This document shows positions 9,063 to 19,885 of a stretch of DNA of 64,000 nt, in pieces. Origin of the DNA: Bacillota bacterium (GTDB lineage: Bacteria; Bacillota; Bacilli; Bacillales_A; Planococcaceae); the NCBI GenBank assembly GCA_018816185.1, contig JAHIWI010000115.1, forward strand, positions 6,454-70,453. The letters are read 5' to 3'. Position numbers and translations under genes: made by a program. How positions within the stretch are numbered: position 1 is the first letter of the stretch; the number at the start of each line of letters is the position of its first letter. Below the pieces are notes generated by a model that saw only the letters and a list, made by a program, of their open reading frames with translations, did no database searches and was not told the origin of the DNA.

Positions 9063-10902
9063 ACAATTCCCCCCCTTCAATTCCCATCTTTGGTACGGTT
9101 AGTGTTATTTCCGTACCCGTTCCTTCTCTACTGTCAATCTGTAATGTTGCATGAATCCTTTCGGCTGCTTCATTCATTTGTAAAATACCAAAATGTTGTT
9201 CATTTCTAGCTTTAACCATCGCTTGAAATAAAGAAAAGCCCAGTCCCTCATCCTTAATTTTTAATAACACATGTTCTTTTTGATAGCTTAATAATATTTC
9301 TATCTTCTTTGCGCCAGAATGTTTTATGGCATTTTGTGTACTTTCTTGAAAAATATCAAACATAATCTTCTCTACCATTGAACTAAGTTGAAATTCTTGT
9401 CCTCGTAAAACTAATTCTATTTCTATCGCACTTTCTTTTTGTATTGCTTTTATACGAGACTCTATTGCGTACTGCAATCCGATTCTTTCAGTTGGATATG
9501 GACGGAGTTCGTATATTGAATCTCTTACTTCTCTCAAACTATGTCGCAGCTTTTCTTTACTTTCTTGTATCAGTCGAAAAGAATCTTCTGGCATCTTGGA
9601 AAATTTACGTTCTGCGGTTTCCAGCTTCATTACTGCTCCTGCAAGTGACTGAGCTACTCCATCATGGATTTCCCTAGCGATACGATTTCTTTCTTCTAAA
9701 ATGATGGCTTTTTCTTGTTCTGAAATAAGCATTTTTGTTTTTATGAGAACAGCCAATTGATTAGCAATCGTAGCTACTGGTTGAACATCTTCTTCATTGA
9801 AACTTTGAGTTCTATTTCTTCCAAAAATAAAAAGACCCACGACTTCTTCATCTAAAATGAGTGGAGCATATAATAACGTCCGAACGTTAGACTCAAAAAT
9901 AGCGATAGCTGGACCTCCATTCTTTTTAGCATCATGAAAAATGGTTAACTCCTGTATAGAACTTAAGCTTTTTCTCACATCTTCCAAATTAGTTTGATAT
10001 TTTTTCTGCACTCCTGAAGCAACCTTTAGTTGCCATGAATTACTTTCTTTTATCCAAAGGTTATAAGCATCAACATTAATAATTTCGGGCAAATTATTTT
10101 CTAAAAAACTCAACCATTCATCTGTTGGGATTTTCTTGTTGAGTTCAGTTGAGATATTAAACAACGTTTTTAATCTTGCTTTCTCTGTTCTTAATCTTAC
10201 GATAATCGAGCTAAGTAAAGCGAATGCAACTAATGGAGAGAAAAAGAAGAAAAATGAAACTACGTCAATGTCTCCTCTGTTTTGACTGCCTAGTACAAAA
10301 AATATGTAGAGATATCCATAGGAAACGCTAAAACTGATTAACTCTTGTAAGTATTTTTGTTTCCAAATTTCAAATGTGTATCGCTGAGGTCTTAAAATCA
10401 GCACTAAATCTACTATAAGATTGTTAAAAATATAGAAGGGTAGAATAATAAAAGAAAAATGTATAATACTTATACTCAATGTGGAGGTGCTATTTACTGT
10501 TATTAGTGGGAGCAAAGACTTTGCTAATAAATAAGCCATGACAAAGCTAATAACAAGTTGAGCAGGGTTAAATAGGACAATTCTTAATGGGCGTCTCTTT
10601 ATGATATTTATTAATAAAACAACTAGGGCATATGCAACTATGCTATAACCTAATCCATGTATGATATAAATCGTATAAACCAACGGAAAACTTATCACAG
10701 AAAAGCCTCTCATTACAGGCATTGGATAATACTCAACAATAAAGAGAAAAATGACTAAAAATCCGAATACCAGAGGTGTTTTTAATTCACCTATTTTCAA
10801 CAATCCATATTGAATAAAAAGAATGCCTCCTATTATAGACGTGAACATAATGAACAATCTTGCTAATCTTTCATTTTGATGTGATGAAGCACTATGACTC
10901 AT
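9055..10902 (-). CDS. multi-TM, GAF-containing HisKA_3 sensor histidine kinase
   Basis: About 7 TM helices, a GAF-like segment, EERNRIAREIHDGVAQ H-box, QESTQNAIKH N-box, DEGLGF; RBS AGGAG before ATG 10902. Confidence 0.92.
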   Translation of the reverse strand: MSHSASSHQNERLARLFIMFTSIIGGILFIQYGLLKIGELKTPLVFGFLVIFLFIVEYYPMPVMRGFSVISFPLVYTIYIIHGLGYSIVAYALVVLLINIIKRRPLRIVLFNPAQLVISFVMAYLLAKSLLPLITVNSTSTLSISIIHFSFIILPFYIFNNLIVDLVLILRPQRYTFEIWKQKYLQELISFSVSYGYLYIFFVLGSQNRGDIDVVSFFFFFSPLVAFALLSSIIVRLRTEKARLKTLFNISTELNKKIPTDEWLSFLENNLPEIINVDAYNLWIKESNSWQLKVASGVQKKYQTNLEDVRKSLSSIQELTIFHDAKKNGGPAIAIFESNVRTLLYAPLILDEEVVGLFIFGRNRTQSFNEEDVQPVATIANQLAVLIKTKMLISEQEKAIILEERNRIAREIHDGVAQSLAGAVMKLETAERKFSKMPEDSFRLIQESKEKLRHSLREVRDSIYELRPYPTERIGLQYAIESRIKAIQKESAIEIELVLRGQEFQLSSMVEKIMFDIFQESTQNAIKHSGAKKIEILLSYQKEHVLLKIKDEGLGFSLFQAMVKARNEQHFGILQMNEAAERIHATLQIDSREGTGTEITLTVPKMGIEGGELFD

Positions 10903-11015
10903 TGGTTTCCATCTCCTATACCCCATATTCAAAATTTTCAGTCTCAATGATTTATAAGATTACTACATTTAAACTTTTTATTACAGAATAATGCCGGTTA
11001 TGTAAAAATAGCAGG

Positions 11016-11064
11016 AAAAACCCAGACCAGTCGAATGAGAGTCACTGACTGATACTGGGTAAAA
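11016..11064 (-). terminator. long hairpin with U-tail upstream of the kinase (terminator/attenuator)
   Basis: ACCCAG-U-AUCAGUC...GACUGGU-CUGGGU-UUUU on the minus strand. Confidence 0.5.
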
Positions 11065-11394
11065 ATCTACAATAGATTTTTTCAATCCATTATCTCAAAA
11101 GTAGGAATAGGATTCTATTCAGCAAAAGCAATAAATGATGTAATACTTAAGGATTATATTATTTTGTTTTCACTAAATTTGTTCAATGTTGTATGATGCA
11201 TTATTTATAAATATGAACTTAAGAATTTAAACGAATAAATAAGTAATACCTTCGATTTGTCATCCGCGGGTTATATTCTATAGCGAACGTTGTCTCGGTT
11301 TAATAGAATATTTAACGTAATTAATTTATGTTTATAGAAATAAAAAACCACACAAAGAAGCACACTCATATTTCGAGTGTGCTTCTTATGTTTA

Positions 11395-12693
11395 TTATCC
11401 AATTACATGAAAAACAAAGTTCATTAAAAATAAACCGGCAATGACATAAAGTGTTGGTGTGACTTCTTTCCATTTTCCAATCGCAACTTTTAAAATCGGA
11501 TACAAAATGAAGCCGATTGCCATTCCATCCGCAATGCTATACGTAAACGGAATCATCACGACGATAAATAAAGCTGGGAAGCTCTCACTCAAATCCTTCA
11601 TATCCAAGTTACGGATATTTTGCACCATCAAGCCACCAATAATGATGAGAATTGGGGCAATGGCGCTATTTGGAATGAGTTTGATCATTGGAATAAAGAA
11701 CGCAGCCCCTAAAAACAACATACCTGCTGTAATAGTGGTTAGTCCTGTACGTCCACCCGCAGCCATTCCAGCAGCACTTTCTACAGAAGCTACCGTTGGG
11801 CTTGTTCCAAAAACACCTGAAGTCATTGCTGAAATCGATGTTGCCTGGAAAGCTTTTTTGAAGCGATCTGGACGATTAATAAATGTCACTTGGCCATGAA
11901 CAAGACCAATGTTTTCAAATACAATGACCATCGTTAACGAGAAAACCGCAACCCAAAACGTCATAGACAATACACTTTCAAATGACAAAGCACCTAGTAC
12001 ACTGAACGCATCCGCAGATGATAATGTTGAAGTACTTTCTTGAGAAACATCAATCAAGCCAAATAACGAAGCAATGATGGTTCCAACAACAATCGTGATC
12101 AAGAAATTCCCCGGCACATTTCGAATGAACAAAATAATAGCAACAAGAAAAGTCAGGATCGTCGCGAGTACTTGAGGTTCACCAAAAGAACCTAAAGCTA
12201 AAATCGAACTTGAACCTTTTTCGATAACTCCACCTTTTTCAAGGCCAATTAACATAAGGAATAATCCAAGTCCCACCGTAATCGCTTCTTTTAGCGAATG
12301 AGGAACCGCCACACTCAGCATGCTTGAAAAACGTGTGAATGCGATAACGACAAAAATCAAACCAGATACAAAAACAACGGCTAATGCTTCTTGCCAAGAT
12401 AAGCCCATTGACTGGACCATCGTGTAAGAAAACAATGCGTTAATTCCCATTCCCGGAACGAGCAATATCGGAGCGTTGCCCCAAAACCCCATTAGCAAGC
12501 ATCCAAATACAGAAGCTGCAATGGTTGCAATAATGGCTGCTTCAAGCGGCATACCTGCCTCGGAAAGAATAAGAGCATTGACCGCAATAATGTAAACTAC
12601 CGTAAAGAACCCGATAAGTCCTGCTATTACTTCTCTCTTAAAAGTCGTTCCGTTCTCTTGAAGACCAAAAAATTGATCGATCCAATTTAACAT
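11395..12693 (-). CDS. NCS2/AzgA-family nucleobase (purine) permease, PbuO/PbuG-like
   Basis: REVIAGL, PGMGINA, GTSPTVASVESAAG..AGGRTGLT, PFTYSIADG motifs. Confidence 0.9.
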   Translation of the reverse strand: MLNWIDQFFGLQENGTTFKREVIAGLIGFFTVVYIIAVNALILSEAGMPLEAAIIATIAASVFGCLLMGFWGNAPILLVPGMGINALFSYTMVQSMGLSWQEALAVVFVSGLIFVVIAFTRFSSMLSVAVPHSLKEAITVGLGLFLMLIGLEKGGVIEKGSSSILALGSFGEPQVLATILTFLVAIILFIRNVPGNFLITIVVGTIIASLFGLIDVSQESTSTLSSADAFSVLGALSFESVLSMTFWVAVFSLTMVIVFENIGLVHGQVTFINRPDRFKKAFQATSISAMTSGVFGTSPTVASVESAAGMAAGGRTGLTTITAGMLFLGAAFFIPMIKLIPNSAIAPILIIIGGLMVQNIRNLDMKDLSESFPALFIVVMIPFTYSIADGMAIGFILYPILKVAIGKWKEVTPTLYVIAGLFLMNFVFHVIG

Positions 12694-12763
12694 TTCTTCA
12701 ACCTTCTATTTAATTAGCCCTCTCCCTACCCGCTCTGCCTGATTAACAGGTGAGCCATTAAGC

Positions 12764-12792
12764 ATTTTAGTCACTTTTCTCCATACTGTCAA
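12764..12792 (-). promoter_or_regulatory. sigmaA promoter of NCS2 permease
   Basis: TTGACA-17 bp-TAAAAT on the minus strand. Confidence 0.8.
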
Positions 12793-12826
12793 GTAAAAGT
12801 TCTTGAAAGGGAGTTTGTGTTCAACT

Positions 12827-13147
12827 TATAATATGGCGCTATCTCCAGTTTTATTGGCGTTCGGGTGACTTTTTTGGCGCAAACTGATGATAATATGGCG
12901 TTCGCGATAGATAATATGGCGTTTGGACTCATTTTATTGGCGTTAGACGATTTTTTTCAAGTCAGCGGCGTGTCCCCGCCAATATTGCTCTCCCTCTTCA
13001 ACCTTGAAGACACCTTCGCCAATTAATATGGCGTTATTGTCTGTTTTATTGGCGTTCGGATGACTTTTCATGGCGCAAACTGATGATAATTTAGCGTTCG
13101 CGTCTCATAATATGGCGTTTGGACTCAGTAATATGGCGTTAGACGAC
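12827..13147. repeat. two tandem blocks of six 21-bp units with TGGCG core
   Basis: TGGCG at 12834, 12855, 12875, 12896, 12917, 12938 and 13029, 13050, 13071, 13092 (TAGCG), 13113, 13134. Confidence 0.9.
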
Positions 13148-13160
13148 TTTCCCCCAACAC

Positions 13161-13192
13161 AAAAAGCAGTGAGACCAATGTCTCACTGCCAT
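13161..13192 (-). terminator. gltAB terminator
   Basis: GCAGTGAGAC-CAAT-GTCTCACTGC stem with U-tail on the minus strand. Confidence 0.8.
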
Positions 13193-13206
13193 TATTCACA
13201 CTATTA

Positions 13207-14694
13207 TTAAGGCAACACAGTCGCACCCATTAAATAGCGATCACATTCTCTTGCGACTTCGCGTCCTTCATTGATTGCCCAAACAATTAAACTTTGACCG
13301 CGACGCATGTCTCCAGCTGAAAAGACACCTTCGACGTTGGTTACGTATTTGCCGTATTCTGCTTTGACTGTAGAATTTGAATTCGTTTCGATGTTTAGTT
13401 GTTGCAGGAGTCCTTGTTCGGGTCCACTGAATCCGATTGCGAGCAATACTAAATCGGCTGTCCAGATTTTTTCGGTTCCTGGAATTTCTTCACGAATTCG
13501 ATTTCCTTCTTCATCAATTCTCAACTTCACGTTAACGGTATGAACTTCTTTTACATGACCAAGTTCATCTCCAACAAATCGCGTTGTTTGCACCGCATAT
13601 GCTCTTGGGTCTTCGCCAAATTTACTCGCCGCTTCCTTTTGGCCGTATTCGATTCGGTGAATGACGGGATATTGTGGCCATGGGTTGCCAACGTCATCAC
13701 GAATCGATCCCTTTTGATCGTAAATATCAAATTGAGTGAGACTGCGACAGTTATGACGGACTGCAGTCGCTAAACAATCGGTTCCTGTGTCACCGCCTCC
13801 AATGACGATGACATCTTTCCCTTCTGCAGATAAGAACTGTCCATCTTGATGATTGGAATCGAGATAGCTTTTCGTATTTGAATGAAGGAAGTCCATCGCA
13901 TAATGGACGCCATTCAACTCTCTACCTTCAACAGCAACATCTCGATGAACTGTTGCACCACCACATAAAATCGTCGCATCAAAATCTTGATGAAGTTGCT
14001 CAACAGAGTAGTCCTTACCGACCTCTGTGTTGGTGACGAACTTGATTCCTTCTTGCTCTAGAAGATTCACACGTCGTTGCACCATCTCGTATGGGATTTT
14101 CATTTCTGGAATTCCGTAAGTAAGTAGCCCACCTACTCGATCATTGCGTTCAAATACGGTGACCCAATGACCGGCTTTATTCAACTGGGCTGCAGCTGCT
14201 AACCCGGCTGGCCCTGATCCGATAACCGCCACTTTCTTACCCGTCCGTTTGTCAGGAGGCTCTGGAATGACCCACCCTTCTTCAAAGCCTTTTTCAATAA
14301 TGGCTCGTTCGACTGTCCGAATGGCTACAGGTGGTTCATTTATGCCTAACACGCAAGCCCCTTCACAAGGTGCAGGACAAGCGGCACCAGTGAATTCCGG
14401 GAAGTTGTTTTTTTCATGCTCCCGCTTCAGTGCTTCTTTCCATTGACCTTGATACACAAGATCATTCCATTCGGGAATTAAGTGATTCACTGGACACCCG
14501 GTGGTCACTCGGTTGATTTCCATTCCGGTATGGCATGTTGGGACGCCACAGTCCATGCATCGTGCGCCTTGTTCTCGCACTTCTGTATCAGACAATGGCA
14601 GCGTATAATCTTGCCAATCCTTTAGTCGTTCCAGTGGTGTTCGTTCAGGCTGTGTTTGTCGTGCATACTCCATAAATCCTGTTGGTTTTCCCAT
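13207..14694 (-). CDS. gltB: glutamate synthase small subunit (B. subtilis gltB = E. coli gltD)
   Basis: MGKPTGFMEY, RCMDCGVPTCH, CPAPCEGAC Fe-S motifs, GSGPAG, GGGDTGTDC, AGDMRRGQSLIVWAINEGR. Confidence 0.97.
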   Translation of the reverse strand: MGKPTGFMEYARQTQPERTPLERLKDWQDYTLPLSDTEVREQGARCMDCGVPTCHTGMEINRVTTGCPVNHLIPEWNDLVYQGQWKEALKREHEKNNFPEFTGAACPAPCEGACVLGINEPPVAIRTVERAIIEKGFEEGWVIPEPPDKRTGKKVAVIGSGPAGLAAAAQLNKAGHWVTVFERNDRVGGLLTYGIPEMKIPYEMVQRRVNLLEQEGIKFVTNTEVGKDYSVEQLHQDFDATILCGGATVHRDVAVEGRELNGVHYAMDFLHSNTKSYLDSNHQDGQFLSAEGKDVIVIGGGDTGTDCLATAVRHNCRSLTQFDIYDQKGSIRDDVGNPWPQYPVIHRIEYGQKEAASKFGEDPRAYAVQTTRFVGDELGHVKEVHTVNVKLRIDEEGNRIREEIPGTEKIWTADLVLLAIGFSGPEQGLLQQLNIETNSNSTVKAEYGKYVTNVEGVFSAGDMRRGQSLIVWAINEGREVARECDRYLMGATVLP

Positions 14695-14716
14695 GTCACC
14701 CCTCCTTTCCGCTAAC

Positions 14717-17700
14717 CTACTTTACGCCAGCTGCTTCCTTGTTACTTTCATCAAACGCAGTCATTTGTGCATCAAAAACGCTTAATCCTTCATCTTGAAG
14801 GGCTTGAATTCGTGAATTGATTTTCAAATACGCTTTTGGAATGACTTTGACAAACTGTGGTGCGTATTTCTCCCAGTAAGCTAAAATCCGTTTTCCATGC
14901 GCACTATTTGTATACTCAACGTGCTTTTCTAGCATGTTGTAAACATCTTGTAATTCACTTTCGTGTTCCATTGATTGAAGATGAACGAGCTCTGTGTTGC
15001 ATCTTGTGTGGAAGGTTCCATCTTCGTCAAACACATAGGCGATACCACCGGACATTCCTGCAGCAAAGTTTCGACCCGTTGTACCTAACACGACCACTTT
15101 TCCACCCGTCATGTACTCACATCCGTGATCCCCAACGCCTTCTACGACAACATTCGCTCCACTATTTCGCACACAGAAACGCTCTCCAGCGATTCCTTGA
15201 ATATAGGCCTCTCCAGCTGATGCACCGTAAAATGCGACATTCCCAATAATGATGTTTTTTTCAGGCGGAAACGTTACGACTGGATCTGGGTGAACAATGA
15301 TTTTCCCGCCAGATAACCCCTTTCCGACAAAGTCATTCGAATCTCCCACTAATTTGAGCGTCATCCCTTTTGGAATAAAAGCACCAAAACTTTGACCCGC
15401 TGAACCTTTTAACGTCAATCGAATCGTATCTTCTGGTAATCCTTTTTCACCGTATCGTCTCGTAATTTCACTTCCAAGCATTGTGCCAGTTACACGGTTT
15501 ATATTGCGAATAGCCGTTGTAAATTCAACAGGCTCTTGATTTTCAATCGCCTTTTTGCAATTTGGAATCAATTCTTGGAAATCGAGTGTTTTTTCTAATC
15601 CGTGATCTTGGTCAACGGTATGATAGCGACCTACTTTCGCAGGTAAATTCGGTGAATACAGCAACGCAGACAGATCGATATCTTTTGCTTTCCAGTGATC
15701 AATTGCTTGATTCACTTCAAGTGCATCCGTTCGTCCAACCATTTCATCTATCGTTCTAAAACCGAGTTGCGCCATCAGTTCTCTTGTTTCCATGGCTATG
15801 AAACGCATGAAGTTCGCCACATGCTCTGCATTCCCTGTGAACTTTTTACGTAGCTCAGGGTTTTGAGTTGCAACACCAACTGGACAAGTATCCATGTGAC
15901 ATACGCGCATCATAACGCAGCCTAATACAACAAGTGGTGCAGTAGAGAATCCATATTCTTCTGCGCCTAGTAGTGTCGCTAATACGACATCTCGTCCCGT
16001 CATCATTTTGCCATCTGTCTCAATGACGATTCGGTCACGCAGTCCATTTAATAACAACGTTTGGTGCGTCTCTGCTAAACCAATTTCCCACGGCAAGCCA
16101 GTATGCTTCAAACTGGTGCGTGGAGCTGCGCCAGTACCACCATCATATCCACTGATTAACACTAAGTCTGCTCGTCCTTTGGCTACCCCCGCAGCAATCG
16201 TACCAACACCTACTGCCGACACGAGTTTCACACTAATTCGTGCTCTTGGATTCGCATTTTTTAAGTTATGAATCAGTTCTGCTAAATCTTCTATTGAATA
16301 AATATCATGATGAGGTGGAGGTGAAATTAATTCCACTCCAGGCGTTGAGCCACGAACCTCTGCAATCCATGGGTACACTTTTTTCCCTGGCAGATGACCA
16401 CCTTCACCCGGTTTTGCCCCCTGAGCAACCTTGATTTGAATCTCGTCTGCATTCACTAAATAATGACTCGTCACACCAAATCGACCAGACGCCACTTGTT
16501 TAATAGAGCTTCGTCTAGAATCACCATTCTCATCAGGTGTGAAACGGTCGATGTCTTCGCCGCCTTCACCAGTATTACTACGTCCGCCAACTCGATTCAT
16601 GGCAATCGCTAAAGCTTCATGGGCTTCTTTTGAAATCGATCCATATGACATCGCACCTGTTTTAAAACGCGCGCAAATCGCTTCAACTGATTCAACTTCT
16701 TCAATTGGAACAGAAGGACGGTCTTTAAATTTCAATAATCCACGCAACGATTGAAGGTTTACCTTTTCATCCGTCAACATGCTTGTATATTTCTTGAAAA
16801 CCTCATAATTATTCGTGCGACACGCGTGTTGAAGTGTATGAATAGTACTTGGATTGTATTGATGGTCCTCACCGTTCGCTCGATATTGGAACTCGTCACC
16901 AGAATCCAAGGTTTTATTGCCACCACGGTTTTCTTGAAATGCCACTTCATGACGCAGAAGTGCTTCTTTTTCGATCATATCCATACCAATTCCGCCAAGT
17001 CGAGAAGAGGTTCGCGTGAAATATTTATCAATGACATCTCTATGAATGCCCACGGCTTCGAATATTTGTGCACCACGATAACTTTGAATGGTGGAAATCC
17101 CCATTTTCGAAAGCACCTTAATAATGCCATCAGTGACCGAATGGATATAATTATTTCCTGCTTGTACAAGTGAAGGCATTGATAGCTCACCTTTTGCCAT
17201 TAACTCTCGAATCGAGTCAAAAGCCAAATACGGGTTTATTCCTTCTGCACCAAACCCTAGAAGGGCCGCAAAATGATGCACTTCCCTTGGTTCACCTGAT
17301 TCCAGCAATATACTTACTTTTGTCCGTGTTCCTTGACGAATCAAATGATGATGTAAGCCCGAAACTGCTAATAATGCAGGTATCGCTGCTTGATGTTCAG
17401 ATACCCCTCTGTCCGATAAAATCAGCAAAGTGGTTCCTTCAGTGACCGCCTGGTCCGCTTTTATAAATAACTCTTCTAAAGCGTGTTCAAGAAGCCCGGG
17501 TTCTTTATTAGCAGAAAAAAGAATCGAAAACGTGGCCGGCTTAAACCCTTCTAATTGTTGTTGACGCAAAGATTCTAATTGTAAATTCGTTAAAATCGGA
17601 GTTTTCAGTCGAATGTGGCGACAGCTTTCTGCATTGGGGTTAACCAAATTACCTTCCGCTCCGATTGTTGTATCGACCATCGTAATAATTTTTTCTCGAA

Positions 17701-19303
17701 TTGCATCAATAGGTGGATTCGTTACTTGTGCAAACAATTGTTTAAAGTAGTTGTAAAGCAATTGAGGTTTTTTCGATAAAACAGCTAACGGAGAATCGTA
17801 CCCCATCGATCCGACTGGGTCTTTCCCTTCAAGCACTAAAGGTTTGATAATCTTCGTTAGTTCTTCCTGTGTATAACCAAAAGCAAGTTGCTGTTGTAAT
17901 AATGGTTCGCCAACGTAAACATGTGACTGTTCACTCGCTTCAGGTAAGTCTTCGAGATTGGTCATATTCTTCAGCCACTCTTTATAGGGCTGCTCTGAAG
18001 CAATTTGTAGTTTAACCTCTTCGTCTGGAATAATCGTCCCTTTTTCTAGGTCGATTAAAAGAATCTTTCCAGGTGCTAATCGTTCCTTGTATTCAATATC
18101 GTCCGCGAAAATATCCAATGCCCCTACCTCTGAACCAAGGACAATCATGCCGCTTTTTGTGACGTAATAACGTGCGGGTCTTAAACCATTGCGGTCAAGT
18201 GTGGCGGCGATTTGTTTCCCATTTGTAAACACCAATGCAGCCGGTCCATCCCAAGGCTCCATTAATGTACTGTGATACTCATAAAAATCACGTTTCTCTT
18301 CAATAATAGTCTTATCATTTGCCCATGGTTCAGGTACCATCATCATGGCCGTATGAGCGATAGAACGTCCTGATAAGTGTAGAAATTCAAAACAATTATC
18401 AAACATGGATGAATCACTGCCATCCGCATCAATGACTGGCAGAACTTTCTGCAGATCCTTTTCATTGAAAAATTCCGAATCAGTCATTTGTTCACGGGCT
18501 CGCATCCAATTCACATTGCCGCGTAGTGTATTAAATTCACCATTATGAATGGTGTAACGGTTTGGATGTGCACGCTTCCAACTCGGAAACGTATTGGTGC
18601 TGAATCGAGAATGTACGAGAGCTAAAGCAGATTTGAAATCTGGATGATTTAAGTCGATGAAAAATGAATCTAATTGTTCGGGGATTAGCATGCCTTTATA
18701 GACAATGGTTTGGGTTGATAAACTACAGATGTATACGTCTTCGTACGCTCTAAAGTCAGCCATTTCACGCTCTATGCGTTTACGGATGATATACAATTTA
18801 CGCTCGAAAGCCAGTTGATCTTGGCAATTTGAAGACATTTGGATGAATACTTGTCTAATCGTAGGTTTCGTTTTCGTTGCTACTTTTCCAACAAACGAAT
18901 CATTGATGGGCACTGGTCGCCATCCAAGAAATACTTGACCTTCTTCGGCAATAATTCGCTCAAAAATTTCTTTACTCTTCATACGAATCTCGTGATCTTT
19001 TGGTAGAAACACCATACCGACCGCATATTCGCCTTCTCTTGGTAAAATAATATCTTCTTTCTCACATTGTTTTTGGAAGAAGCGATGAGGAATTTGCGTT
19101 AATATACCCGCTCCATCTCCTGTACTTGTATCTGCGGATTGCCCTCCGCGATGTTCCATATTACAGAGGATGGTCACTGCATGTTGAACGATACTATGTG
19201 TTTTTTTGCCATTAATGTTTGCAATCATGCCAATTCCACAAGCCTCATGTTCTTGCTCTGGGTCATACAATCCTTGCGGAACTGGATATCCAGTCTTTAT
19301 CAT
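14717..19303 (-). CDS. gltA: glutamate synthase large subunit (B. subtilis gltA = E. coli gltB)
   Basis: EHEACGIG N-terminal Cys, [50 protein letters not shown] domain. Confidence 0.98.
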   Translation of the reverse strand: MIKTGYPVPQGLYDPEQEHEACGIGMIANINGKKTHSIVQHAVTILCNMEHRGGQSADTSTGDGAGILTQIPHRFFQKQCEKEDIILPREGEYAVGMVFLPKDHEIRMKSKEIFERIIAEEGQVFLGWRPVPINDSFVGKVATKTKPTIRQVFIQMSSNCQDQLAFERKLYIIRKRIEREMADFRAYEDVYICSLSTQTIVYKGMLIPEQLDSFFIDLNHPDFKSALALVHSRFSTNTFPSWKRAHPNRYTIHNGEFNTLRGNVNWMRAREQMTDSEFFNEKDLQKVLPVIDADGSDSSMFDNCFEFLHLSGRSIAHTAMMMVPEPWANDKTIIEEKRDFYEYHSTLMEPWDGPAALVFTNGKQIAATLDRNGLRPARYYVTKSGMIVLGSEVGALDIFADDIEYKERLAPGKILLIDLEKGTIIPDEEVKLQIASEQPYKEWLKNMTNLEDLPEASEQSHVYVGEPLLQQQLAFGYTQEELTKIIKPLVLEGKDPVGSMGYDSPLAVLSKKPQLLYNYFKQLFAQVTNPPIDAIREKIITMVDTTIGAEGNLVNPNAESCRHIRLKTPILTNLQLESLRQQQLEGFKPATFSILFSANKEPGLLEHALEELFIKADQAVTEGTTLLILSDRGVSEHQAAIPALLAVSGLHHHLIRQGTRTKVSILLESGEPREVHHFAALLGFGAEGINPYLAFDSIRELMAKGELSMPSLVQAGNNYIHSVTDGIIKVLSKMGISTIQSYRGAQIFEAVGIHRDVIDKYFTRTSSRLGGIGMDMIEKEALLRHEVAFQENRGGNKTLDSGDEFQYRANGEDHQYNPSTIHTLQHACRTNNYEVFKKYTSMLTDEKVNLQSLRGLLKFKDRPSVPIEEVESVEAICARFKTGAMSYGSISKEAHEALAIAMNRVGGRSNTGEGGEDIDRFTPDENGDSRRSSIKQVASGRFGVTSHYLVNADEIQIKVAQGAKPGEGGHLPGKKVYPWIAEVRGSTPGVELISPPPHHDIYSIEDLAELIHNLKNANPRARISVKLVSAVGVGTIAAGVAKGRADLVLISGYDGGTGAAPRTSLKHTGLPWEIGLAETHQTLLLNGLRDRIVIETDGKMMTGRDVVLATLLGAEEYGFSTAPLVVLGCVMMRVCHMDTCPVGVATQNPELRKKFTGNAEHVANFMRFIAMETRELMAQLGFRTIDEMVGRTDALEVNQAIDHWKAKDIDLSALLYSPNLPAKVGRYHTVDQDHGLEKTLDFQELIPNCKKAIENQEPVEFTTAIRNINRVTGTMLGSEITRRYGEKGLPEDTIRLTLKGSAGQSFGAFIPKGMTLKLVGDSNDFVGKGLSGGKIIVHPDPVVTFPPEKNIIIGNVAFYGASAGEAYIQGIAGERFCVRNSGANVVVEGVGDHGCEYMTGGKVVVLGTTGRNFAAGMSGGIAYVFDEDGTFHTRCNTELVHLQSMEHESELQDVYNMLEKHVEYTNSAHGKRILAYWEKYAPQFVKVIPKAYLKINSRIQALQDEGLSVFDAQMTAFDESNKEAAGVK

Positions 19304-19429
19304 GACATCGCCCCTCTCTCTTCATCTTTGAAAGATTTCTCTATAGATATCGAACAAGTATATCACAAAATCATAGTTCACATAAAATTCTGACAACAAA
19401 TAATGTGTATTTTTATTTATTTTCATGAA

Positions 19430-19443
19430 TGAAAACGCTATCA
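19430..19443. promoter_or_regulatory. cre (CcpA) site upstream of gltA
   Basis: TGAAAACGCTATCA fits TGWNANCGNWNWCA. Confidence 0.55.
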
Positions 19444-19835
19444 ACATGGACTAACCCACAAATCTTTGTGAATAAAAAAATGTTGAAAATACTCATATTA
19501 TTGACCATTAAAACGAATCACCTGAAAATAGTTCTACAATAAATACTCATAGTTTATGCATCGATTCATCTTGATATGATTCAAAACAATCGTGTTTTCT
19601 TCTAATTGAAAAACAACAGTATTAAAATTTATTTAGTTGATTTCGTTTCAGTTGGAGCGTTCCGCACGCATAGATTCGCTTTATCATGTCTTCAACTGTG
19701 TAACGCCTAATTAAAAAACAGAATGGTCGATATATGAACTTTGTTTCATTTCCTTTGGATGTCTTACCACTTCTTCGGATGACAATATTAATGTAGTGCA
19801 TATGAATGACAAAATTGTAAAGAATGAATACTATA

Positions 19836-19885
19836 TTGACTTTCCTCCTCATAGTCTTATAATTGATTATGATAATCATTTTCAT
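19836..19885 (+). promoter_or_regulatory. sigmaA promoter with overlapping Fur box
   Basis: TTGACT(19836)-16 bp-TATAAT(19858); GATTATGATAATCATTTTC at 19865-19883 matches 17/19 of GATAATGATAATCATTATC. Confidence 0.8.

Noticed and set aside
12694-12800. Canonical guanine riboswitch
   Set aside because: Lacks UAUAA...AUAUGG...GUUUCUACC...CCGUAAA core; leader too short
12827-13147. CRISPR array
   Set aside because: Unit is only 21 bp with an approximately 12-bp degenerate constant part; variable parts repeat between blocks; no cas genes
12827-13147. Heptad-repeat protein or PurR boxes
   Set aside because: All frames checked contain stops (TGA at the same place in both blocks); cores do not fit the CGAAYRWT PurBox
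13307-19393. Many plus-strand ORFs inside gltAB (likewise other antisense ORFs in the track)
   Set aside because: Shadow frames of strongly supported genes; no RBS or motifs
19622-19885. 87-aa minus-strand ORF
   Set aside because: Starts within the Fur box, has no RBS and overlaps the plus-strand promoter
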